From: Acholeplasmataceae bacterium
Lineage (GTDB): Bacteria > Bacillota_I > Bacilli_A > ML615J-28 > CAG-698
Length of the DNA stretch: 60,426 nucleotides
Assembly: GCA_012718985.1 (NCBI GenBank)
Contig: JAAYBG010000025.1
Coordinates: forward strand, 1 to 60,426
Direction of reading: 5' to 3'
Shown one piece after another: positions 19,325 to 30,136 of this stretch; position 1 is the first letter of the stretch; the number at the start of each line of letters is the position of its first letter. The position numbers and the translations under genes are program-made. The notes under the pieces were generated by a model. It was not told where the DNA came from. It was given only the letters and a program-made list of their open reading frames with translations, and did not search any database.

Positions 19325-19569
19325 CTTTTCCTCCTATAAAACAATAAAAGCCCTCACATATAAAAAATATATGTAAGGGACGAATTTCTCCGCGGTACCA
19401 CCCTAGTTAGATTCTAGTATCTCGCTTAAACAATTGATAACGGTAATTAACCGGAAGTTTTGCTTCTCCTCCAAGGTAGATTCTAAAGTTTGCATCTTGA
19501 TTTTCACCAGCCATCAAGTCTCTTAAATGCCTTTTCTTTATACTAAGCCTTATCATTGGTTATTTAATT
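19325..19569 (-). promoter_or_regulatory. T-box leader (tRNA-sensing riboswitch) of serS
   Basis: Minus strand carries AGAGA, a GGTGAAA distal motif, GAA-TCT-A (specifier Ser codon TCT at 19478-19480) and the T-box AGGGTGGTACCGCG (plus strand 19391-19404). A terminator TCCCTTACATAT...ATATGTGAGGGCTTTTATT follows. Confidence 0.85.
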
Positions 19570-19575
19570 ATGCCT

Positions 19576-19604
19576 ATTATATATGCTTTGATTTACTTTG
19601 TCAA
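19576..19604 (-). promoter_or_regulatory. consensus sigma-A promoter for the serS leader
   Basis: Minus strand has TTGACA (19599-19604), a 17-nt spacer and TATAAT (19576-19581). Confidence 0.75.
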
Positions 19605-20116
19605 ACATTATTCCCCTTTTCCACAAATTTCACCAAGTCAATTAGGTTATCAATTGTGGTCTTTACGATGACAATCTCCCAAAAACTTAACAATATAAGA
19701 ATCACAATAGCAATATTTGGATGTTTCTTATCCAACCAAAAATAAGAAATATAGGCTGTTATTAAATCTATCGCATAGGGAACAAGAACAATCTGATCAA
19801 TTTTAAATTTTTCATATGCTTTAACAATCGTAACATTTTGTTCTAGTTTGCTATCGTAATCTTTTGTTATGAACAACACTTTTTTATTAATGATAAGCGT
19901 TAATAGTATTGCCAGTGCAAAACCTCCGCTTTTTAACACAACATAAAGTGTATTGACAAAAGAAACGCCTCCTAAATAGATAATATAAATGCTTTCTGTA
20001 CAAAACCAATTAACCCCTAGAAAAAATGTTAAAGCCGGAATTGTTATGATGATGATAATCATAATATAAATACCATAAAGGGCAAAAAGCCCTTTATTTT
20101 TTCTCGATTTTATCAC
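19601..20116 (-). CDS. hypothetical polytopic membrane protein
   Basis: 171 aa with 4-5 hydrophobic spans. Overlaps the gyrA stop by 4 nt, so it is probably cotranscribed. No recognisable family. Confidence 0.5.
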   Translation of the reverse strand: MIKSRKNKGLFALYGIYIMIIIIITIPALTFFLGVNWFCTESIYIIYLGGVSFVNTLYVVLKSGGFALAILLTLIINKKVLFITKDYDSKLEQNVTIVKAYEKFKIDQIVLVPYAIDLITAYISYFWLDKKHPNIAIVILILLSFWEIVIVKTTIDNLIDLVKFVEKGNNV

Positions 20117-22728
20117 GATTTTTCCTTATCTTCCTCATCACGAAAGACGTAATCTTCATCATAGGTGAATCCTTCATTATCTTCCTCTGAATCGTTTTCG
20201 CCTTCTTCGCTTCGTGGAACAATCGCCATAGAAGATACGCTATGACCTTCGTTCAATTTGATAATACAAACTCCTTGAGTATCTCTTCCTACAGTCAAGA
20301 TTTGGTCGAGGTGAGTTCTGATAATCATTCCTTTGTCGGTAATGACTAATAAATCTTCATCTCCTCGTACTGTTGATAAAGAAATCATTTTACCATTCTT
20401 AGCGGTTATATTTAATGCTTTTACTCCTTTACCACCACGGACCTGGACTCTAAACGCATCAACATTGGTTCGTTTTCCATACCCTTTTTCGGTTACGATT
20501 ACAATTTCGTCTCCATCTGTATTAACAATGGCCATTCCTACCATCTGTTCGCCATCTTCTACTTTTAACCCTCTGACTCCTGCAGCAATTCTTCCCATTG
20601 GGCGAATATCTGATTCGCTGAACCGAATTGCTTTTCCATTAGAAGCCCCTAGAATAATGTCTTTTTCTCCATCGGTAACGGAAACTTCGAACAACTCGTC
20701 ACCATCATTTAAAAGGATTGCTTTAATTCCGTTTGTTCTGATGTTACTGAATTCGGAAATTTCTGTCTTCTTTACAATTCCTCGACGAGTTGCAAACAAT
20801 AAGTAGCCATCATTCTTTTCTTCTTCTTTCACATTTACAACCGCTGCTAATTTTTCATTTTCATCAAAATTTAAAATATTAACAATCGGTAATCCTTTAG
20901 CGATACGACTCGAAATCGGAATTTGGAACGCTTTTAGACGATATATTTTCCCGAAGTTACTGAAGAAAAGCAAGGTGTCGTGGGTTGAGGTAAATAGAAC
21001 TTGGTCTACATAATCCGCATCTGAAATTTTAGCTCCTGTAATTCCTTTACCCCCACGATTTTGAGCACGATATGTGTCTACTGTCATTCTCTTTACATAT
21101 CCTTTATTTGTAACGGTGATAATAACATCCTCTACGGGAATCAAATCAGCGTCTTCAATCACTAGATCATCACTTAGGCTAATTTCACTATTCCGTGCAT
21201 CGCCGAATTTTTCTTTCATTTCGGTTAATTCACCAATGATGATTTCTAGTTTTTTACCCTGGTTCTTCAGGATTTCTTTATACTCGCTAATTTCTCGTTT
21301 CAATGAAGCTAATTCTTCTTTTAACTTATCAATTTCCAATCCTGTTAAACGTTGTAGCTTCATATCCAGAATTGCTTTTGCTTGTATCTCGGTTAAGTTG
21401 AATGCTTCGATTAAGCCCTTCACCGCATCTTCGGTTGTCTTAGAGCGTTTAATTAGCTGAATAACGGCATCAATATTCCCTAAAGCGGTTAGTAATCCTT
21501 CTACTATATGTGCTCTGGCTTCTGCTTTTTCTAAATCGTATTGTGTTCTTCTAGTGATTACTTCAATTTGGTGTTCTAGATAGCATTCCAATACCTCTTT
21601 TAGATTAAGTACTTTCGGTTGCCCTTTATCCAGCGCTAAAATATTAACCCCAAATGTCGATTGTAATTGGGTATGCTTGTATAGATTGTTTAAAACAACA
21701 TTAGGATTAGTATCGCGACGTAATTCAACTACAATTCGCATCCCTTTCCTTGTAGATTCATCTTGCAATCCTGTGATACCTTCAACTATTTTTTCATTAG
21801 CAATGAAGGCAATTCTTTCTATTAATTTTGTTTTATTTACTTGATAAGGAATCTCGGTTATGATAATTTCTATTTTCCCGTTTTCTAATTCTTTAATCTC
21901 GCATTTCGCCCGAATTGTAATGGTGCCATTTCCTGTCATGTAAGCTTTTCTTACTTGACTAAGGCCCATAATACATCCTCCTGTTGGGAAATCGGGACCT
22001 TTGATATGGTTCATTAATCCTTCAATAGATATGTCCGGATTTTTTATTAAGGCAAGAATTCCATCGATTACTTCGCTTAGATTGTGAGGCGGAATATTCG
22101 TTGCCATACCAACAGCAATTCCTGTTGCTCCATTTACGAGGATGTTCGGGAAGCGACAAGGTAAAACAACCGGTTCTTTTTCGCTTCCATCGTAGTTATC
22201 TTGAAAGTCAACAGTGTTTTTTCCTAAATCACGAAGCAATTCCATCGCAATTTTGCTCATTCTTGCTTCTGTATAACGCATTGCCGCTGCTCCATCACCA
22301 TCAATAGAACCAAAGTTACCTTGGCCATCAACCAGAGGATATCGGTAACTAAAATTTTGTGCCATTCTCACCATCGAGTCATAAATAGCAGAATCTCCAT
22401 GAGGATGATACTTACCCATAACATCTCCGACGATTCGTGCTGATTTTTTATACGGTTTATCCGATCCAACGCCTAATTCATCCATCGCAAATAGAATACG
22501 ACGATGAACTGGCTTCATTCCATCACGAACATCTGGTAGTGCACGTGCTACAATTACGCTCATGGCATAACTTAAGAAAGAAGTCTTCATTTCTTTGGTT
22601 AAATCGATTTCTTTCACTCCGCCTAAGTGATGACCATCAACGACATGATCAATGACTTCTGTATCTGCTTCTAAGTTTTCTTCTTTTTCTTCTATTTCTG
22701 AAAGTGTTTTTTCAGTTTCTTTTTCCAC
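20113..22728 (-). CDS. gyrA: DNA gyrase subunit A
   Basis: [35 protein letters not shown] and C-terminal beta-pinwheel repeats. GTG start after GGTGGTG. About 40-aa N-terminal extension and an acidic tail. Confidence 0.95.
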   Translation of the reverse strand: MEKETEKTLSEIEEKEENLEADTEVIDHVVDGHHLGGVKEIDLTKEMKTSFLSYAMSVIVARALPDVRDGMKPVHRRILFAMDELGVGSDKPYKKSARIVGDVMGKYHPHGDSAIYDSMVRMAQNFSYRYPLVDGQGNFGSIDGDGAAAMRYTEARMSKIAMELLRDLGKNTVDFQDNYDGSEKEPVVLPCRFPNILVNGATGIAVGMATNIPPHNLSEVIDGILALIKNPDISIEGLMNHIKGPDFPTGGCIMGLSQVRKAYMTGNGTITIRAKCEIKELENGKIEIIITEIPYQVNKTKLIERIAFIANEKIVEGITGLQDESTRKGMRIVVELRRDTNPNVVLNNLYKHTQLQSTFGVNILALDKGQPKVLNLKEVLECYLEHQIEVITRRTQYDLEKAEARAHIVEGLLTALGNIDAVIQLIKRSKTTEDAVKGLIEAFNLTEIQAKAILDMKLQRLTGLEIDKLKEELASLKREISEYKEILKNQGKKLEIIIGELTEMKEKFGDARNSEISLSDDLVIEDADLIPVEDVIITVTNKGYVKRMTVDTYRAQNRGGKGITGAKISDADYVDQVLFTSTHDTLLFFSNFGKIYRLKAFQIPISSRIAKGLPIVNILNFDENEKLAAVVNVKEEEKNDGYLLFATRRGIVKKTEISEFSNIRTNGIKAILLNDGDELFEVSVTDGEKDIILGASNGKAIRFSESDIRPMGRIAAGVRGLKVEDGEQMVGMAIVNTDGDEIVIVTEKGYGKRTNVDAFRVQVRGGKGVKALNITAKNGKMISLSTVRGDEDLLVITDKGMIIRTHLDQILTVGRDTQGVCIIKLNEGHSVSSMAIVPRSEEGENDSEEDNEGFTYDEDYVFRDEEDKEKS

Positions 22729-22740
22729 CCGTTACACCAC

Positions 22741-25727
<2,987 letters not shown>

Positions 25728-25744
<17 letters not shown>

Positions 25745-25955
25745 CGTCTTTACCTATAAGAAACTTCTTTTTATCAACAATCACGGCAAATCCATTATAT
25801 AGTTTTCGCCCTCTTCGTTGCTCCGCCTCGCCATTAACCAGTACTATCTGGTCTTGCAAGAAAGCTTTTGCCTGTGATCCACTATCAATAACACCTACAT
25901 ATTTTAAAAACTGACCTAAGGTGATATATTCTGTTTTTATTGTGATTTTAGTCAT
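25728..25955 (-). CDS. yaaA: S4-domain RNA-binding protein YaaA (RlbA-like)
   Basis: 75 aa. ITLGQFLK...VLVNGE...RRGRKLY matches the B. subtilis YaaA pattern. Overlaps the recF start. Confidence 0.8.
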
Positions 25956-25982
25956 ATTTTTTCCTTCTTAATTATTATGTAT

Positions 25983-26011
25983 ATTATACCATAAACTCTT
26001 GCTTTTTCCTA
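25983..26011 (-). promoter_or_regulatory. extended -10 promoter for yaaA-recF-gyrBA
   Basis: Minus strand has TGGTATAAT (-10 at 25983-25988 with TG), a 17-nt spacer and a weak -35 TAGGAA (26006-26011). It lies about 25 nt upstream of the yaaA RBS. Confidence 0.5.
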
Positions 26012-26624
26012 GTCTTTTTTTTACTTTTTTTGAACTCTTTTGATTTTTAGCCCTTTTTTTCGCCTGTAATCGCTTTTTTTGCTTATTTTTTATTCGCCTT
26101 TACTTTTTCATGAAAAAAACGAAAATAAAGCCGTTTTCCCCGCTGCTCTTTTTTCCGTTGTTTTTTATACATAAATAAGTATATATGGTTATCTTTGTCC
26201 TGTCCCTTTTGATTTAGTTTCTTTTGAGTTGATAATTCTGTTGATAATCCTTATGTATATACCTATATAGGTAAATATTTATTTTTCTAGGCTTATTTTA
26301 AAAGGTGTTAAAAATAATTTAATCTTTTTTGTAGCTATGTTTTTCTCATAAGGATGTATGGTTTTACTTATATCCATAAATACTTATTAAATATTTATTT
26401 TCTTTTTTCATCTGTTAGGTTGTTTTTCTTTAGATTATACCTATTTAACGATAGCTTTGTTTTGTTTTTTAAGATCCTTTTTAGAGAAACAACAAATTTC
26501 TGGATAAGCGTTCTTATCGGATTGTTTTATTTATTGATGTATATATGTATATAAATATGATAATTTTCTTTTTCGACGCTTTTTCTGTGCCTATATGCCG
26601 TAGATAGCTCTCGCTTTATCGTCA

Positions 26625-27035
26625 ACATTTATTTATATATGTATATATGTGTAACTTTATTTAACTTTTCTACATATGATGATGTATCCATTCCCCTTGT
26701 TTAAACCATCTTTTCCCTTGCATATTTGAAATTATCTCTCAAAACAAGAAAAAAACTTGTTAATCAGTAAGTTTCTTTCTTGTTTTTATTATCTTTCGCA
26801 CGATTTCCTTTACACATTTACTTATATATGTATATATGTGTGACTTTATTTAACTTTACCGTACATGATGATGTATCCATTCTCTTGTTTAAACTATCTT
26901 TTCGCTTGTCTGTTTGAAATTATCACTCAAAAAAAAGAAAAAGACTTGTTAATTAATAAATCTTCTTCTTGTTTTTCTTATCAATAGCCGATTTCCTTTA
27001 CATATTTACTTATATATGTATATCCATACATACAA
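26625..27035. repeat. tandem direct repeat, about 188-189 bp unit, about 2.2 copies
   Basis: Unit A 26625-26813, unit B 26814-27001 and partial unit C from 27002. A and B align along their full length by eye with scattered substitutions and small indels. Each unit starts with the iteron. Confidence 0.85.
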
Positions 27036-27819
27036 ATGCTTCTTTTCCTCGCCCTTTTTACAAATTTATATACTCTTTGTTTTAATTTTAATCTTTTCTT
27101 TTTACTTAAAAACAAATTAAAAACGCCTTCGTGCTAGATTTCCTGTTAAAAATGATATTTAATGAACTTGATTTTGTGATTTTTTGTTAAAATATGGATA
27201 TACACATCTGTTTTTATGGCAAAAAGCAACCGCTTTTTATCCTTTAATAAATATTTACATAAATACATATAAAGTCTTGATTTCCTTTCGTTTCTATTAT
27301 ATAATATGTGCATAAAGATAATCATCCAGGTTGGGATGGCTTTTTTGCTCTTGTTTTTCTAAACAAAACGAAAAAACGAAATCTTTTTTTGTTATATCTG
27401 ATCGCAACAAAACAACACTAATACGCATTTACATATATATGTATTTATTCTTATACATATATATTTATTTGTTTGTTTATTTATATACTTATTTATTGCG
27501 CTTTCCGTCGCACATCTACCGAAAAACAGGCCAAAAAACGGTTTTTACCTCTTTTTAAAGAGAATTTTTACCCCTTAAAATTTTTTGTGCGTTGTTTTCA
27601 ACGACCCACCCCTAATAACTTTACCTATTTTTGTATAAAAACGATTTAAAACGAAATTTATCGGCGTTTTAATGGGGTTGTATTTTTGGTTTAAAACTTA
27701 AGGACTTTAGAGGAATAGGTTTTCTGGTTTTTGTCGTTACTTTTCCCTGTCGGCCTAGGGTTAAACGACTAAAAATCTCTTTTTTCTTTCCTAAAAAAGA
27801 GTAAAAAAGCAAAAAATAC

Positions 27820-27839
27820 ACATATATACATATATATGT
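27820..27839. promoter_or_regulatory. 20-bp near-perfect AT palindrome upstream of the RHH gene (candidate operator)
   Basis: ACATATATACATATATATGT; the two half-sites match at 9 of 10 positions. Confidence 0.5.
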
Positions 27840-27842
27840 AAA

Positions 27843-27890
27843 TATGTTTTTGTTTTTGTATGTTTTTATGTTTATATGTTTTTGTGTATA
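27843..27890 (+). repeat. three tandem 16-bp direct repeats (TATGTTTTT core)
   Basis: ATGTTTTT begins at 27844, 27860 and 27876, exactly 16 bp apart. The array ends about 12 nt before the AAGGAGG RBS of the RHH gene. Confidence 0.7.
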
Positions 27891-27915
27891 TATTTATAGC
27901 AAGGAGGTTGACACA

Positions 27916-28128
27916 ATGAACAGATCATCATTCCCGTTTCAAAAGCGAGAAAATCCTTTAGCGCCTGCTACTAAACAAACGCGCGCCAGCGAGAAAGAGA
28001 AGTACACAGCTGTTATGGAAAAAGAATTACGAGTAAGGGTTAAGATTGCTGCTGCTAAGAAAAGTTTACAGTTTTCACAGTATATTGAAGAAGCGGTTCT
28101 TGAAAAACTAGAAAGAGAGGGCTTATAA
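27916..28128 (+). CDS. ribbon-helix-helix (CopG/Arc/ParG/omega-like) DNA-binding protein
   Basis: AAGGAGG, 8 nt, then ATG at 27916. 70 aa with a basic, probably disordered N-tail, then YTAVMEKELRVRVKIAAAKKSLQFSQYIEEAVLEKL (beta-strand, helix, helix pattern). Its stop overlaps the ParA start (TAATG). Confidence 0.65.
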   Translation: MNRSSFPFQKRENPLAPATKQTRASEKEKYTAVMEKELRVRVKIAAAKKSLQFSQYIEEAVLEKLEREGL

Positions 28129-28913
28129 TGTCTGTTGTTTCTACTTTTTGTAAGAAGGGTGGCGTCGGCAAAAGCACTTTTATTGGTTTTTTAGCGCATT
28201 ATTACGCTACTTTAGGGAAAAAGGTTTTAATTATTAGTGCCGATGACCAAAATAGTATCTTTAAAATCTTCGGTGTAGAAGAGAAAATCTTCGATACTAA
28301 TGATAATTATTTAGAATTTTGGTTAGCAGGACATGCTGAACTAGGAGATATTTTAATAGAAGCCAGAGAAAACCTCTATTTAATTAAAACTTTAAATACC
28401 GACAAACTTTCTATGAAGCTAACTTTAGAAAGAAGCCAAGAAAAAATAATAAAAAAATTAATTGTTGATTGCTCTAGCTACTTTGATTATATTTTTATCG
28501 ACTTTCCACCATCAAGCAATCGCTTAACGGAGATTTTATTAGATTTTAGTCATCATATTTTGATTGTTGTCGGCTTAGATAGCCTCGGATTAGGTGGTTT
28601 TTTCAATACAATTCAATATTTTATCGATAATGATATTGATTTAACAAAAATTAAGTATGTTTTACCCAACGGATACAGCAAAAATAGAAGGGCTCCTAAG
28701 GTTTCTTTAGAAAAATTACAAGAACAAGCAAAAGAATTCACCAAATCGGCAACTGTTCTTCCCGCTTTGCAAGAGAAATCTATTATTAAAAACCTTCAAG
28801 CAGAAGGAATTAGCGTTTTTGATGTTACTTCTTTAGAACGTTATGATCAAACAAACAAAGATTTGTTACAAAAAGACCTATTAGAATTGTTTAAATTAAT
28901 AAATTTAGAATAA
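28128..28913 (+). CDS. parA: ParA/Soj-family partition ATPase (small, type Ib-like; deviant Walker A)
   Basis: KKGGVGKST deviant Walker A at residues 9-17 with no N-terminal HTH extension. ISADDQNS and FIDFPPS (Walker B-like). 261 aa. Confidence 0.8.
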   Translation: MSVVSTFCKKGGVGKSTFIGFLAHYYATLGKKVLIISADDQNSIFKIFGVEEKIFDTNDNYLEFWLAGHAELGDILIEARENLYLIKTLNTDKLSMKLTLERSQEKIIKKLIVDCSSYFDYIFIDFPPSSNRLTEILLDFSHHILIVVGLDSLGLGGFFNTIQYFIDNDIDLTKIKYVLPNGYSKNRRAPKVSLEKLQEQAKEFTKSATVLPALQEKSIIKNLQAEGISVFDVTSLERYDQTNKDLLQKDLLELFKLINLE

Positions 28914-28940
28914 AAAAAGAGTTTTTCGACTCTTTTTTTT
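28914..28940. terminator. bidirectional terminator between convergent parA and dnaN
   Basis: AAAAGAGT / ACTCTTTT stem with loop TTTTCG, flanked by an A-run and a T-run. Confidence 0.6.
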
Positions 28941-28941
28941 A

Positions 28942-30066
28942 TTATGATACTCTTACTGGCAATATTAATTGAATTAAATTACGATCGTATTCTCCTGTGA
29001 TAATAAATGGTCTTACTTCTCCAGTAAAATGCACCGTTACTTCCGTAGAATCAAATGATTTGATCGCTTCTAAAAAATATTTTGAGCTGAAAGCGATTTG
29101 GAAAGGAACTACATTGCTACATTCAATTGGATTTAGTTCTTCTTGTGCCGCACCGATTTCATTGGTTGTTGAAGCAATCTCCACGGTTTTATCGCTGTTT
29201 AACGTCAATTTTATAATGTTAGAAGAATCCATATTAGTAAATACAGCTGCTCTTTCGATTGCTGAAATGAGCTCGTTTTTGTTAAATTTTATGCTGGTTA
29301 AGAATTCTGTAGGAATTAAACTGTTTGTATTTGGGAAAGTCCCGTCAATTAAGCGAGTTTGATATAACAAATTCTTGTATTTAAACAACGCTTTCGTATG
29401 GCTTATGTGAATCTCCACAAGAGTTTCACCTTCATCGACGATTTTATTTAGTTCATCCAAGCTTTTTCCTGGAATTACTACCTTTATTTCTGGATAATCG
29501 ACATTAAATTTAAGTTGTTTTTTCGCTAATCGATAACTATCTGTTGAAACAACTTCTAACAAATTCCCTTGAGAAGTAACAGAAACTCCTGTTAATATTA
29601 CTCTTGACTCAGATAAAGAAACCGCAAAGGTTGTTTTTCTGATTAATTGTTTTAAGTTAATCGCATCTAAAGTAAGAAATGTTGGTGAATCTGCAAAAGA
29701 TATTATAGGATAATCATCTTTAGAAAGAACATTTAGGGTGAAATTACTTTTATCTGCTAATATTTTAATGGCGTTGTCTTCAAAAGACTCAAAATATATT
29801 TCTTTCGCTTCGGTTTTCTTTACTAGTTCAATTAAATATTTTCCCGGTGCTATGAAAGTCCCCTCTTCTTCTATTTTCACATGTTTTTTATCATCAATAC
29901 ATGCTTGAATAGAAATTTCACTGTTCGATGCTGTTAGTAATATTTTATTATCAACAACATCAATTTTAATTCCTGTTAAGACAGGCATTTGCGCTTTAGT
30001 AGATAAAGCTTTGCTAACTGAAGTTAAGTTTTGCAACAATAGATCTCTATTAATTGTAAAAATCAT
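28942..30066 (-). CDS. dnaN: DNA polymerase III beta sliding clamp
   Basis: 374 aa. MIFTINRDLLLQNL...MPVLTGI..., three-domain length and position downstream of dnaA. Confidence 0.9.
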   Translation of the reverse strand: MIFTINRDLLLQNLTSVSKALSTKAQMPVLTGIKIDVVDNKILLTASNSEISIQACIDDKKHVKIEEEGTFIAPGKYLIELVKKTEAKEIYFESFEDNAIKILADKSNFTLNVLSKDDYPIISFADSPTFLTLDAINLKQLIRKTTFAVSLSESRVILTGVSVTSQGNLLEVVSTDSYRLAKKQLKFNVDYPEIKVVIPGKSLDELNKIVDEGETLVEIHISHTKALFKYKNLLYQTRLIDGTFPNTNSLIPTEFLTSIKFNKNELISAIERAAVFTNMDSSNIIKLTLNSDKTVEIASTTNEIGAAQEELNPIECSNVVPFQIAFSSKYFLEAIKSFDSTEVTVHFTGEVRPFIITGEYDRNLIQLILPVRVS

Positions 30067-30116
30067 AAAAGGCTCCTTTATTATTTATCTTTATTTTTTA
30101 TTTTTATTATTAAGAA

Positions 30117-30133
30117 TGTGTAAAAGTGGAAAA
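30117..30133 (-). promoter_or_regulatory. two adjacent DnaA-box-like 9-mers in the dnaA-dnaN spacer
   Basis: Minus strand has TTTTCCACT (30125-30133) and TTTTACACA (30117-30125), each 7/9 to TTATCCACA. They are followed toward dnaN by about 45 bp of nearly pure A/T. Confidence 0.4.
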
Positions 30134-30136
30134 CTG

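Larger units (their letters stand above)
26165..27840. repeat. dispersed iteron-like motif family (ATTTAC-TTATATATGTATAT and variants) in a gene-free T-rich region
   Basis: Copies or variants seen near 26170, 26255, 26365 (TTACTTATATCCATAAATAC), 26545, 26630, 26818, 27006, 27250, 27427 and 27820. Confidence 0.7.

Noticed and set aside
20333-21460. Long antisense ORFs inside gyrA (157 and 128 aa), and similar ORFs inside fhs, mnmE, yidC, dnaN and the ABC genes
   Set aside because: These are shadow ORFs opposite well-supported conserved genes. Their composition is S/P/I/F-rich and they have no RBS.
26354-26554. 66-aa plus-strand ORF in the repeat field
   Set aside because: The peptide is F/L/Y-rich low-complexity, as expected by chance in T-rich DNA. 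It has no RBS and it spans iteron copies.
26625-27035. Possible CRISPR array
   Set aside because: The units are about 188 bp and directly abutting, with no short-repeat/unique-spacer organisation. There are no cas genes in the window.
27331-27558. 75-aa plus-strand ORF (TTG start) in the repeat field
   Set aside because: It has no RBS and translates the iteron/AT repeats (YIYMYLFLYIYIYLFVYLY). No coding signal is visible.
27844-27915. N-terminal extension of the RHH ORF (track start at 27844)
   Set aside because: The extension translates the 16-bp direct repeats (MFLFLYVFMFICF...). A strong AAGGAGG RBS sits just before the internal ATG at 27916, so the shorter CDS is preferred.
25956-28941. 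Calling the insert an integrated plasmid, ICE or prophage
   Set aside because: No Rep, relaxase, integrase, transposase or phage gene is present in or beside it, and no convincing att-like repeats were found. It is kept as a hypothesis to test by comparative genomics rather than as a feature call.
25972-28949. Short matching sequences at the two insert edges (TTATTATGTATA at 25972-25983 and TTATTATGATA at 28939-28949) as target-site duplications
   Set aside because: A 9-10 bp AT-only match is expected by chance in this composition. The right copy includes the dnaN stop codon and the left copy lies in the yaaA promoter/RBS region. There is no integrase or transposase, so a mobile-element call is not supported.
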